64,000 nt of DNA from Chloroflexota bacterium (GTDB taxonomy: Bacteria; Chloroflexota; UBA11872; VXOZ01): NCBI GenBank assembly GCA_964291655.2, contig OZ219802.1, forward strand, positions 1,632,001-1,696,000, written 5' to 3'. A model generated the notes under the pieces. The model saw only the letters and a list, made by a program, of their open reading frames with translations, searched no databases and was not told the DNA's origin. Within the stretch, counting starts at the first letter, position 1. Every line of letters begins with the position of its first letter. Of this stretch, positions 39,344-49,605 are shown piece by piece. A program made the translations under genes and the position numbers.

Positions 39344-42301
39344 ATGGATAGAGAGACATTTAAGCATCCCGGTGTCGAGTATCGCGCTGTGCCGTTTTGG
39401 TCGTGGAACGACTGGCTGGAAGACGACGAGTTGGTGCGGCAGATCGACGAGATGGAGAAGGCCGGGTGGGGCGGCTTCTTCATGCATTCGCGGCTGGGCC
39501 TCGAGACGCCCTACATGACGCCGGAGTGGATGGACCGCATTCGCACGTGCGTGGAGGAAGCCCGCAAGCGCGGCATGCACGCCTGGCTCTACGATGAAGA
39601 TAAGTGGCCAAGCGGTTTCGCCGGCGGCATGACCGCCCTTAAAGACCCCGACTACCGCATGCGAGTGCTCGCCCTCCGGGTCTTCAATCGCTACGACACG
39701 TATCCCGAGAACGTGGCGGTGTTTGCGGGCAACCTCAGCAACGGCGCGCTCACCGACGTGCGGCAGGTGGATTCCCAACAAGACGACGCCCATCTCACCT
39801 ACCTGCAGTTTCACGAATGGATCGCACCGCTGGGGAGCCCATGGTTCAATGGCGCCGCGTACAGCGACCAGCTCAGCGTTGACGCCGTGGGTGAGTTCAT
39901 CGATAACACCTATGTCGCCTATCGCGACGTCCTTGGCGACGATTTCGGTTCAGTGGTTCCCGGCATCTTTACCGATGAGCCGAATTACTGCTCCTTCCAT
40001 CAGGAGCACCCGGAGATTTCCGTGCCCTGGACGAAGGGGTTTGCCGAGATATTCGAGGGGAAGTTTGGCTATGACCTGATTCCGCATCTGCCGTCGCTCT
40101 TCTACGAAGTCGGTGACTATCGCAAAGTGCGCTACCACTACTGGCGCGCCATCACGGAGCAATTCGTCGAGGCGTTCTCGAAGCAGATTTACGACTGGTG
40201 CGACGCCCACAACCTCAAGCTCACCGGGCACTATCTCTACGAAGATTCGCTACAGCAGCAAGTTCCGGTCTCGGGCGCGGTGATGCCCCACTATGAATAT
40301 ATGCACTACCCCGGCATCGACCACCTGCGCCGCAACATTGCGGACCTCGTGACGCCGAAGCAATTGGATAGCGTGGTCTGCCAGCTTGGCAAAGAGCGCG
40401 CGCTCTCCGAGACCTACGGTTGCTCCGGCCAGAACCTCTCGTTTGAAGGGCGCAAGTGGATCGGCGACTGGCAGTGCGTACTGGGCGTAAACTTCCTCAA
40501 CCCGCACCTGTCCTCGTATACGTTGCGCGGCGCGCGCAAGCGTGACTATCCGCCGGACATCTTCTACCAGCAACCGTGGTGGCCTCACAATGCCTTGATC
40601 GACGACTACTACGCCCGGTTGTCCTATGCGCTCAGTCAAGGCGAGCGTGTGGTAGACCTCCTCGTCGTGCACCCCATTGGCAGTGCGTGGTCCGTCTATC
40701 GCCCGCAAAATCCCCAATCAGCGCGAGCAATTAATGATCCCTGGGTCGCGCTTTCCACGCGGCTCCTGGAGGAACACTTCGACTACCACTTTGGCGATGA
40801 GTCGATCATGGCGCGGCACGCCCGCGTGGAAGACGACTGCCTCGTCGTCGGTCAAATGCGCTACCGCGTCGTCATCGTGCCGCCGAGCATCACGCTGGCA
40901 GGTTCTACTGTGGCGTTGCTGCAGGCCTTCAGGGCCGCCGGTGGCGTTGTGTTCTTCTGCGATGAGAAGCCGACGCTCATTGAAGGCGAACGCGACGAGT
41001 CCGTGGATGCGCTGATTGCCGCGTGCGACACATTACCGCTCGGCGACGCACCCCTGGCCGCGACGCTGGAGCCGCACCTGGCACGACCGGTACGGGTGAC
41101 CAATGGGGACGGCAGCGCGGTGCCGCACGTCTGGTACAACCTGCGGCGCAACGGCGGGGACCAGACTCTCTTCTTGGCAAACACGAGCCAAGATGAAGGC
41201 GGCGACTACACCGTGCACCTGCCGAACGGTGGCAATTGGCAGCTCTGGGACGCCGCGACCGGCGAGATTGAACCGCTGCCGGCACGGAATGGGGCTTCAA
41301 ACGGCGCCGTTACGCTGCCGTTCGCTCCGGTGGGTTCGTACCTGCTCGTCAACGTTGCGCACGGCCCCGCCGCCGAAGCGCCGCCCGCGCCGGACTATAC
41401 CCAATCGGTCGCTGTGGGCGATACCTGGGACGTGGAATTGCTGGACCCCAATGCGCTCACGCTTGACTACTGCGCGTTTCGCGTTGCCGGCGGCGACTGG
41501 CAGGAGCCGGTACCCCACCTGAAAGCCCTGGAGCAATTGCGGAAAGCCGGCACCCTGGAACACGTACGCATAACCGGGAGCGGCGTGCCGTTCTCAGTGC
41601 AGTACACCTTTGAATTCGGTCTTGCGGCGGGGCATGAACTCACGCTGGTTGTGGAACGTCCGGATGAATTTCGCATCGCGGTGAACGGCACGGCGGTCGC
41701 GCATGATGCCAGTGACGGCTATTGGCTCGATACCACCTTCCGGCGCATCCCCATCGGCGCGCTCGCCCAACCGGGCACGAACACGATCACGTTGGAGGGC
41801 GTCACGAGTCTCGACATGGAGATTGAAGCCTGCTACGTGATTGGCGACTTTGGGGTTGAGCAGAGAGGCAATGCGTTCAGGCTCGTCGCGGCGCCGACGC
41901 AGGCCAAGTCGGGCGACCTTACGCCTCAGGGACTGCCCTTCTATGCCGGCCGCGTGCGACTCAGCCAGCAGGTGGAGGTCTCCGATAAAGGAGATGCCGC
42001 GGCACTGGCGCTCGACGGGCTGGACGCTACGGTGACGATCGTGCGCGTAAACGGCCAAGAGGCCGGCACAATCGTCTGGCGGCCCCACGAACTGGACATT
42101 TCATCTCATTTGGCCGCGGGCGAAAACACCCTGGAACTGGAGCTGATAGGCACGCTCCACAACTTGCTCGGCCCGCACCACCACCGCGACGGCGAAATCC
42201 TGGCAGTCTCGCCAGCCACGTTCTCCGATTGGTTCAACTGGACGGACGACTATACTTTTGTGCGCTTTGGTTTGGAAGGCGCGCGGATTTTGCAAGGATG
42301 A
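39344..42301 (+). CDS. Glycoside hydrolase, GH106-like (alpha-L-rhamnosidase family)
   Basis: PFWSWN, FFMHSRLGL, WLYDEDKWPSG, FTDEP, PGID, SETYG, KRDYPP. Confidence 0.88.
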   Translation: MDRETFKHPGVEYRAVPFWSWNDWLEDDELVRQIDEMEKAGWGGFFMHSRLGLETPYMTPEWMDRIRTCVEEARKRGMHAWLYDEDKWPSGFAGGMTALKDPDYRMRVLALRVFNRYDTYPENVAVFAGNLSNGALTDVRQVDSQQDDAHLTYLQFHEWIAPLGSPWFNGAAYSDQLSVDAVGEFIDNTYVAYRDVLGDDFGSVVPGIFTDEPNYCSFHQEHPEISVPWTKGFAEIFEGKFGYDLIPHLPSLFYEVGDYRKVRYHYWRAITEQFVEAFSKQIYDWCDAHNLKLTGHYLYEDSLQQQVPVSGAVMPHYEYMHYPGIDHLRRNIADLVTPKQLDSVVCQLGKERALSETYGCSGQNLSFEGRKWIGDWQCVLGVNFLNPHLSSYTLRGARKRDYPPDIFYQQPWWPHNALIDDYYARLSYALSQGERVVDLLVVHPIGSAWSVYRPQNPQSARAINDPWVALSTRLLEEHFDYHFGDESIMARHARVEDDCLVVGQMRYRVVIVPPSITLAGSTVALLQAFRAAGGVVFFCDEKPTLIEGERDESVDALIAACDTLPLGDAPLAATLEPHLARPVRVTNGDGSAVPHVWYNLRRNGGDQTLFLANTSQDEGGDYTVHLPNGGNWQLWDAATGEIEPLPARNGASNGAVTLPFAPVGSYLLVNVAHGPAAEAPPAPDYTQSVAVGDTWDVELLDPNALTLDYCAFRVAGGDWQEPVPHLKALEQLRKAGTLEHVRITGSGVPFSVQYTFEFGLAAGHELTLVVERPDEFRIAVNGTAVAHDASDGYWLDTTFRRIPIGALAQPGTNTITLEGVTSLDMEIEACYVIGDFGVEQRGNAFRLVAAPTQAKSGDLTPQGLPFYAGRVRLSQQVEVSDKGDAAALALDGLDATVTIVRVNGQEAGTIVWRPHELDISSHLAAGENTLELELIGTLHNLLGPHHHRDGEILAVSPATFSDWFNWTDDYTFVRFGLEGARILQG

Positions 42302-42332
42302 ATTGAAACAGAATAGAGCATGAACCGCAGTC

Positions 42333-42360
42333 GTAGGGGCACGATATATCGTGCCCCTAC
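42333..42360. repeat. REP flanking the RAYT gene (5')
   Basis: Perfect palindrome GTAGGGGCACGATATATCGTGCCCCTAC, extended by CGCAGTC/GACTGCG. Confidence 0.9.
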
Positions 42361-42413
42361 GACTGCGACAGACTCAGGTTGAAATGATTGAAAGAGAAAC
42401 TTGCTTGGGGGGA

Positions 42414-43037
42414 ATGGTGGCTGACTCTACTCGACGACCTAGGCGACGGTCCGTTCGCTTGAAAGAATTCGATTATGCGCAACCAGGAGCGTATTTCGTG
42501 ACGGTCTGTGCGAACGACCGAAGGGATGTATGGGGCAAGGTGCGCGGTGGAGGAGTTTCGCTCAACGACCTTGGACTCATCATTGAAGATTGCTGGGAGA
42601 ATATACCTGCTCACTTTCCCCACGTAAGTCTCGACCATTTCTGCGTGATGCCTAACCATCTCCATGGCATTCTCTCCTTTGCGCATACGGGCGGAGGCAC
42701 GATATATCGTGCCTCTACGATCGAGTCTGATGCGTTGAGTAATTCGGTGGGAGTCGAGTCGCCTTCCGAGGCAGGAAAAGAGCAGTTTTCTCACCCAGTT
42801 GCGGGATCGCTGCCAACAGTAATTCGGACCTTTAAGGCGGCGGTCACAAGGTACGCGCGCAGCATTAGGGAACATGGGGATTTCAAGGTTTGGCAGCGAG
42901 GGTACTATGAGCGGGTAATTCGCGACGAAAGGGAACTCGAAGAAGTGCGCAAATACATTTCCAACAATCCAGCGAAATGGGATTTGGATACTGAGAATCC
43001 AGCAGTTCGAACCAAAGAATCGTTGGGTACGCATTGA
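42414..43037 (+). mobile_element. REP-associated tyrosine transposase (RAYT, Y1 HUH)
   Basis: RRSVRLKEFDY, YFVTVC, MPNHLHGI (HUH), WQRGYYERVIR, YISNNPAKW; REPs on both sides. Confidence 0.92.
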
Positions 43038-43049
43038 GACTACTCAATC

Positions 43050-43077
43050 GTAGGGGCACGATATATCGTGCCCCTAC
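43050..43077. repeat. REP flanking the RAYT gene (3')
   Basis: GTAGGGGCACGATATATCGTGCCCCTAC. Confidence 0.9.
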
Positions 43078-43103
43078 TACCTACTAGTGCAAGATTTAAC
43101 CCC

Positions 43104-44309
43104 GTGGCAGCAACTCAGCAAGAGAATTCAACCGACTCCCCTGCTCGGCCTGATCGGCTGACCATCTGGGCATTCTATGTCGGCACGTTTCTCTACTGGG
43201 GCGCGCTGTACATCTATTCGCCGATTCTCTCGGTGTATGCGGAGTCGCTGGGAGCGACGTTTACGCTCATCGGCATCGTGGTTGGTACCTACGGCCTGGT
43301 GCAGATGGTGCTGCGAATCCCGCTGGGCATACTATCCGACCGCTGGGGCCGGCGGCTGCCGTTTCTCTACGCGGGACATTTCTTCAACATCATCGGGTGC
43401 CTGGGCCTCGCGCTCGCGCCTACCGCCACGTATTTGGCCGTGTTTCGCGGCGTGTTGGGCATCAGCGCTGCCACCTGGGTGGCGTTTACGGTGCTTTACG
43501 CCAGCTACTTTCCGGCCGACGAAGCCCCCAAGGCCATGGGCATCATGTCGGCCATCAACGGCGTCTCGCTAATCGTGGTGAATCTTGCCGGCGGCCAAAT
43601 CGCCGAATCCTTGGGCATGGTAGCCACGTTCTATGCCGGCGCCGGCTTGGCCGTCATCGGTCTGATTTCGACCGTCCCGATCAAGGAAAAGCGCGTCACG
43701 CGCAAACCGCCAACCGTGCGGCAGATCTGGCGCATCATGACCCATCCGGCGCTCATCATCGTGGCCTCGGTGACGGCGCTGAACCACTACGCCTTTTGGG
43801 CGACGACGTTCAGCTTTGTACCCGTCTACGCCGACGACCTGGGGGCAAGCAAGTTTACGCTTGGCATCATCGGCGTGGTCTCGCTGGTGCCGTATACGCT
43901 GGCGTCACTCGTCAACCACCGCTTTGCCCAACGCCTCGGCGATAATTGGGCGGTCTTTACCGGCATGATGATCATGGCCGCTACCACGTTCGTGGTGCCG
44001 CTTATTCAGGACATACCGCTCCTCGCGGCCTCCCAGGGCATCAACGGCATCGGGCGCGGCATTGTCTATCCCTTGCTCATGGGGCTGAGCATTCGTGAGA
44101 TTTCCGGCGAGGACCGCGCCACCGCCATGGGCGTCTTCCAAGCCGTGTACGCCATTGGCATGTTCGTCGGCCCCATGACGGCGGGCGCGGTGGCCGACCT
44201 GCTCGGTCTGGGCGGTGCGTTCATTCTCTCCGGCGCTGTGTCGGTCTTGGCGGCGCTGACGGCGCTTGTGCTCATCAAGCGGAGACCGGCGGAGCAGGCG
44301 GCGGGATAG
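43104..44309 (+). CDS. MFS transporter
   Basis: GILSDRWGRR motif A, ~12 TM segments; the ORF-track start lies within a REP, so GTG 43104 is preferred. Confidence 0.92.
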   Translation: MAATQQENSTDSPARPDRLTIWAFYVGTFLYWGALYIYSPILSVYAESLGATFTLIGIVVGTYGLVQMVLRIPLGILSDRWGRRLPFLYAGHFFNIIGCLGLALAPTATYLAVFRGVLGISAATWVAFTVLYASYFPADEAPKAMGIMSAINGVSLIVVNLAGGQIAESLGMVATFYAGAGLAVIGLISTVPIKEKRVTRKPPTVRQIWRIMTHPALIIVASVTALNHYAFWATTFSFVPVYADDLGASKFTLGIIGVVSLVPYTLASLVNHRFAQRLGDNWAVFTGMMIMAATTFVVPLIQDIPLLAASQGINGIGRGIVYPLLMGLSIREISGEDRATAMGVFQAVYAIGMFVGPMTAGAVADLLGLGGAFILSGAVSVLAALTALVLIKRRPAEQAAG

Positions 44310-44624
44310 CGCGGCAAACGCGAGAATACGGGGTCAATTGCGGAGCACCTATCATCATTACTTGGGGATGATTGGCGTTAGGTCTAGATAAATCTTGGCG
44401 GCATGCCTTTGACGCTTCCCCAATTTTCTGGATTCCGGCTTGTGCCGGTATGATGGACTGTCGCGCGTTTCCCTTACGGAACAAGTGCACATGAACGGCA
44501 TGGGACGCCTGCACAGTGTCAGCACGAGCAATACCATGTAGCATACAAGGGCATTCAGCGAAAGCAATACACGGCGGCAGAGAGATTCTCACTAGAGCTT
44601 GAGATGAGCAAAGGAGCAAACGCC

Positions 44625-45617
44625 ATGAAGATCGGTGTACGCGCGAACCGGCAGTCGCTACAGAGTGGCGGAGACGATTACCTGCGCTTCTTGCAGCAAA
44701 TTGGTGTTGACTGCATCGATATCGAACTCGGGATGGTGCCAGGATACGACGAGACCGGGTGCTTTACGCGGGAAGGATTGCACGACATCGTGACGCGCTT
44801 TGCTACGGCCGGTCTGCGCATCGAGCGCGCCAATGCCACCAATTCTCATCACCTCGATGCCCTTATCGGCGGCCCTAACGCGGCCCAGCAGCGCGATCAC
44901 CTTTGCACCATGGCGGAGTTGCTGGGTGAGATGGACGTGCCCGTGATGGGCGTCCAGTGCTTTCAAGCCGCCAATGCCGGGGGCAGCACCACAACCGGGC
45001 GGTCCTGGCCGGAGGGCCGCGGCGGCTACCGCTACTACCACTTCAACCTCGCTGATGAAGAGGCAGGTCAAACCGCCCCGCGCTTCAACGTTACCGCCGA
45101 CCTGCTCTGGGAAAATCTTCTCTCCACCTACAAGCAACTAATACCTGTGGCTGAAGGCGCAAACATAAACGTCGCGATGCACGGCAACGATCCGCCGCTG
45201 TATGAACTCTACGGCAATCCGCAAATCCTCTGCCGCTTTGCCGACTTCGACCGTCTCTTCAGCGAGGTTCCCAGTCCGCACAACACCATGACGTTTTGCG
45301 TCGGCACGCGCTACGAATCAGGCGAGAGCATCTTTGAGGGAATCCGCCGCTTCGGCGGGCAGGGCAAGATCGTCCACGTGCACTTCCGCAACGTGCGCGG
45401 CACGCTGCCGGTAGACGGCAGCTACAGCGAGGTCTTCTTGGATGAAGGCGACATGCACATGCAGCAAGTCGTGGAGGCGCTGCATGGGGTACACTACCAA
45501 GGTGCCATTGACTTCGACCACGTGATGCAGTTGACCGGCGACACGGCGAATGGACATCAATACGTTGCCTACTCGGTGGGCTACGTACGGGCGCTACTGC
45601 AGGGGTTGGGGAATTAG
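44625..45617 (+). CDS. Mannonate dehydratase family paralog
   Basis: GRGG, AMHGNDPP, FCVGTR, VHVHFRNV, DFDHV, AYSVGYV. Confidence 0.85.
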   Translation: MKIGVRANRQSLQSGGDDYLRFLQQIGVDCIDIELGMVPGYDETGCFTREGLHDIVTRFATAGLRIERANATNSHHLDALIGGPNAAQQRDHLCTMAELLGEMDVPVMGVQCFQAANAGGSTTTGRSWPEGRGGYRYYHFNLADEEAGQTAPRFNVTADLLWENLLSTYKQLIPVAEGANINVAMHGNDPPLYELYGNPQILCRFADFDRLFSEVPSPHNTMTFCVGTRYESGESIFEGIRRFGGQGKIVHVHFRNVRGTLPVDGSYSEVFLDEGDMHMQQVVEALHGVHYQGAIDFDHVMQLTGDTANGHQYVAYSVGYVRALLQGLGN

Positions 45618-45743
45618 GGCGACTTTCCCGATGTCACGGCGAACCATTGCTTGGATGTAGGTTGTGAGAGACTTTACCCCCGTTTGTTGATGTAGGCACG
45701 CGCCAAGAGTGCTTCGACCCTTCGATAGGCTCAGGCCGGGCAG

Positions 45744-46028
45744 GCTCAGCACGAACGGAACAGGGGGACTAAGCTGACTGTTCTTGACGACAATCGAGAG
45801 AGACCCCAGCCGTTCGCCCTGAGCACGGTCGAAGGGTAAACGGCGACGCAGCAGCGGGCTAGGGATGTACCGCACGAACGGCATGGAGCCGGACAAACGG
45901 CACTGAGCATGCTCAGCACAAACGGAACAGTGGGACTAAGCCGACTGTCCTTGACGACAATCGAGAGAGACCCCAGCCGTTCGCCCTGAGCACAGTCGAA
46001 GGGTAAACGGCGGCGCAGCGTTGGGCTA
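45744..46028. repeat. Direct duplication (~118 bp; 45744-45861 and 45911-46028) of a CCCTTCGAC-GCTCAGGGCGAACGG-type REP doublet
   Basis: Two near-identical copies; related palindromes near 36901, 62953 and 63118. Confidence 0.82.
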
Positions 46029-46140
46029 TTGGACCCACAGAGACTCGTTGCAACGCACAAGGCTGATTTGAAGAATAGAGGTACAAGTCACGAGAGAAGA
46101 TCCAAATTCACACTTGGGTAGAACAAGGAGCACAGAAGAA

Positions 46141-46905
46141 ATGCAGAAGAATTGGGCGCTGGCGAAGATCCGCGCCGGGGGCGTCACCGCCGGACCCGCG
46201 ATGGGCATCGACTCGCCGGACTTGGCGGAGCAAGTCGCCCACGTTGGCTTCGACTTTGTGAGCTTTGACTGGCAGCACGGGCAGTGGACCGAACTGTCGC
46301 TGAACAACGCATTGGCGCGCTTTCTCCATACCGATACCGTGCCGATTGTGCGCGTCAAGGGCCACGAGCCCGGCACTATCAACCGCGTGCTCGACATGGG
46401 GGCGCTGGGCGTCATTGTCCCCATGGTGGAGACCGCCGAACAGGCCGCGGCCGCTGCGAGCCCGGCGCGGTTCCCGCCAGCGGGCACCCGCTCCGGCGGC
46501 GGCATGCGCCTCAATCTCATCGGGGGCGGCACGGCGCAGGACTACTTTGCCGCCGCCAATGATGAGGTCATGGTAATCGTCATGGTGGAGAGTGAAGAGG
46601 CCATTGCCAACGTGGAGAGCATCATGCAGGTGGAGGGCGTGGACGTAGTGCTCATCGGCCCCGGCGACCTCATGATCAACGTGCACGCCCACGGTCACGA
46701 CGAGGCCCACCATGAGGCGCTGGTGCAGCAGGTCGCCGCCGCCGGCAAACGCACCGGCACCGCGGCTGGCTACGTCTGCCAGAGCTACGAGCAAGCCCAG
46801 CAGCGTGTTGCTGAGGGCTTCCGCTTCCTCTGGTTCGGCAACGATAGCGTCTTTGTAAGTACCGGCATGCAGAACCTCCGGCAGGAAATTGAGACGCTGG
46901 GATAA
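46141..46905 (+). CDS. HpcH/HpaI aldolase family
   Basis: FDWQHG, VLDMGALGVIVPMVET, RFPPAGTR, MVESEEA, IGPGDL. Confidence 0.92.
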   Translation: MQKNWALAKIRAGGVTAGPAMGIDSPDLAEQVAHVGFDFVSFDWQHGQWTELSLNNALARFLHTDTVPIVRVKGHEPGTINRVLDMGALGVIVPMVETAEQAAAAASPARFPPAGTRSGGGMRLNLIGGGTAQDYFAAANDEVMVIVMVESEEAIANVESIMQVEGVDVVLIGPGDLMINVHAHGHDEAHHEALVQQVAAAGKRTGTAAGYVCQSYEQAQQRVAEGFRFLWFGNDSVFVSTGMQNLRQEIETLG

Positions 46906-46962
46906 ACCACGTAATTTTCGGAGCGGATGGAAATTCGTAAGCGTAGCAGAGCGAGGAGTGCC

Positions 46963-48027
46963 ATGAGCAGCGATTTGCGGGCGGGAGTCTTGGGCGTAGG
47001 GCGGGGGCTGAGCTTTGTCCGTGTGCTCCAGGCCATGGATGGCGTGAATGTGACGGCCATAGCGGATATGAACGCCGAACGGGTGCAAACGGTATGTGAC
47101 GAGCACAACGTGCCCCACGGCTTTGCCACGCTTGAGGAGATGCTGGCAGAAGACTTGGACCTGGTGGTGGTAGCAACACCGATAGCGCAGCACGCCGCGC
47201 ATGCCATACAGGTGCTCGAGGCGGGCGTGAACGTGCTCTCCGAAATTCCTACGCTCGCCACGCGGGAGGAGGCCGACCAGTTAGTAGCCGCCGTTGAAAA
47301 GAGCGATGCGCTCTACATGACCAGCGAGAACTGCAATTACTGGGCGTACGTGCACTCTCTCCGGCACCTCAATGAGCGGGGAGACTTCGGACAGATCTTC
47401 GCCGCGGAAGCCGAGTATATTCACAGCATCCCCAGTCTGCGGCGCGATGAGCACGGCAATCCCACGTGGCGGGCGACGATGCTGCCGATCATCTACCTCA
47501 CCCACAGCCTCGGCCCGGTGATGTCGGTCACCGGCCAGTATCCCGTGGAGGTGGTCTGTCTGGGTACAGCGGAGCACTTCGAACCGGGCCTCACCGACAT
47601 TCAGATGGCCATCTTTCGCATGACTGACGACAGCGTCGTGCGCATAACGTGTTCTTTCGCCAACTGCCATTGGGGCAACCACCGTCAGGTCTTCATGGGT
47701 ACCGAGGCGACATTCGATTCCGGCTGGATTGGCAAAGATGAGCCGAAATTCCGCTACGCGGGAGGAGACTTCACCATACCCGATAACCTGCCGCTGGGCA
47801 CGAACTATCCCGATGCGCCGGAAGCCGCTGCCCTCGGCGGACACGGCACTGCCGAATGGTACATGCTGGAAGACTTTTTCACGGCGATCCGCACCGGCGG
47901 ACCGGTGCCCATTGACGTCTACGAAGGCATCATGTACAGCCTGCCGGGTATCTGCGCGGCGGAATCAGCCGCCAACGGCGGTCGGCCGGTCGCCATTCCC
48001 CAGTACCAACTGCAGCGCGGCGGATAG
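46963..48027 (+). CDS. Gfo/Idh/MocA oxidoreductase, copy 1
   Basis: GVLGVGRG, VVATP, LSEIP, AEYIH, YLTHSLGP, GGHG. Confidence 0.92.
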   Translation: MSSDLRAGVLGVGRGLSFVRVLQAMDGVNVTAIADMNAERVQTVCDEHNVPHGFATLEEMLAEDLDLVVVATPIAQHAAHAIQVLEAGVNVLSEIPTLATREEADQLVAAVEKSDALYMTSENCNYWAYVHSLRHLNERGDFGQIFAAEAEYIHSIPSLRRDEHGNPTWRATMLPIIYLTHSLGPVMSVTGQYPVEVVCLGTAEHFEPGLTDIQMAIFRMTDDSVVRITCSFANCHWGNHRQVFMGTEATFDSGWIGKDEPKFRYAGGDFTIPDNLPLGTNYPDAPEAAALGGHGTAEWYMLEDFFTAIRTGGPVPIDVYEGIMYSLPGICAAESAANGGRPVAIPQYQLQRGG

Positions 48028-48174
48028 CGTAGGGCGCAGCCTGATTCGTCGCCCTCACCCCCGTATCACGTACGGGGCAGGCTCTAACCCTCTCCCCCAG
48101 GAGAGGGAAAAAAAGCTAAGCAGCAGGCGCAGCAGTTCCCCAACGGAGCGATGTACTGAAAGTGAAAGAGAAGG

Positions 48175-48279
48175 ATGCGCGTCGATGAAAGGTGTAGTTT
48201 CCTCCGGTTTGACACCAGCGCGGTCTTTGTGAACAACGGTGTGGGAAACTTCCTTGAGGAGATGAGCACGGAGGTCTAG
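48175..48279 (+). pseudogene. 3' remnant of a second HpcH aldolase
   Basis: RVDERCSFLRFDTSAVFVNNGVGNFLEEMSTEV* aligns without gaps to RVAEGFRFLWFGNDSVFVSTGMQNLRQEIETLG* of 46141-46905, at the same spacing to the next Gfo gene. Confidence 0.65.
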
Positions 48280-48335
48280 GCGGTTCCAATTTTGGACTCG
48301 AATAGAATCTTCGGCAAAGTGGAGCGAGGAGTGCT

Positions 48336-49397
48336 ATGAACAGCGAATTGCGTGCGGGCGTATTCGGCGTGCGGCGCGGGCGGAGTTTTGTGCGCGTGTT
48401 GCAGGCCATGGACGGTGTAAGCGTTACGGCAATTGCCGACATGAACGCCGAACGGCGGGAAACGATTTGTGAAGAGCACAACGTACCCCAGGGTTACGCC
48501 ACGCTAGAGGAGATGCTGGCTGAGGACTTGGACCTCGTGGTGGTGGCGACACCGGCGCCCCAGCACGCTAAGCATTCCATACAGGTGCTCGAGGCGGGCG
48601 TGAACGTCATCTCCGAGATTCCCATCCTTGCCACCCGGAAAGAGGCCGACCAACTCGTTGCCGCGGCGGAATCGAGCGACGCCCTCTACATGTGCGGTGA
48701 AAACTGCAGCTACTGGGCGTATGTGCACTCCCTCAAGCACCTCAACCAACGCGGGGACATGGGACAGATCTTCGCCGCGGAAGCCGAGTACATTCACAAC
48801 ATTCCAAAACTGCGGCGCGACGAGCACGGCAATCGCATCTGGCGGTCGCCCATGCCCCCAATCACGTATCTCACGCACAGCCTGGGGCCGATCATGTGGG
48901 TCACCGGACAGTATCCGGTGGAGGTCGTGTGCCTGGGGACCAAGGAGCACTACGAACCGGACCTCGACGACATCCAGGTGGCGATCTTCCGCATGACCGA
49001 TGATAGCGTTGTGCGCATTTCCTGCTCGTTTGCCAATTCTCACTGGGGCAACCATCGGCAGGTGTTCATGGGCACCAAGGCGACGTTTGACTCCGGCTGG
49101 ATCGGCAAGGACGAACCGAAGTTCCGCTACGCCGGAGAAGGAGAGTTTGTCGTGCCGGACAATCTTCCGCTGGGCACGAACTTCCCCGATGCACCGGAAA
49201 CCGCCGCTCTGGGCGGTCACGGCACCGCCGAGTGGTTCATGCTAAAGGACTTCATGAAGGCCATCCGCGAGGGCAGTCCCGCGCCCATCGACGTTTACGA
49301 CGGCATCATGTACAGTCTGCCGGGCGTCTGCGCCGCCGAATCTGCCGCCAACGGCGGCCAGCCGGTGGCGATTCCGCAGTACCAACTGCAGCGCTAA
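48336..49397 (+). CDS. Gfo/Idh/MocA oxidoreductase, copy 2
   Basis: Colinear, highly similar paralog of 46963-48027. Confidence 0.92.
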   Translation: MNSELRAGVFGVRRGRSFVRVLQAMDGVSVTAIADMNAERRETICEEHNVPQGYATLEEMLAEDLDLVVVATPAPQHAKHSIQVLEAGVNVISEIPILATRKEADQLVAAAESSDALYMCGENCSYWAYVHSLKHLNQRGDMGQIFAAEAEYIHNIPKLRRDEHGNRIWRSPMPPITYLTHSLGPIMWVTGQYPVEVVCLGTKEHYEPDLDDIQVAIFRMTDDSVVRISCSFANSHWGNHRQVFMGTKATFDSGWIGKDEPKFRYAGEGEFVVPDNLPLGTNFPDAPETAALGGHGTAEWFMLKDFMKAIREGSPAPIDVYDGIMYSLPGVCAAESAANGGQPVAIPQYQLQR

Positions 49398-49605
49398 ACG
49401 TAGGGCTAAGTACCCGCGATGCTTGGCAGTAGGGATAGTAGGATTATCCGGTTTGGGAGCGGCGCATCCTTATTTATGCGCACTGAGATAGTCCATGAAC
49501 ACGAATACTCTTGCAGACGCGTATACATCGTGATACACTTCTAGTGGAACAGTTGCGGTTTTTTGGCTTGGCATTGTGTCTACGGGCGGCAGGAGTAGCA
49601 CGGCG

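Noticed and set aside
29177-43103. ORF-track starts 'MPLR/MPLL' at 29177, 42351 and 43068
   Set aside because: All use the GTG inside the REP palindrome; downstream starts were chosen
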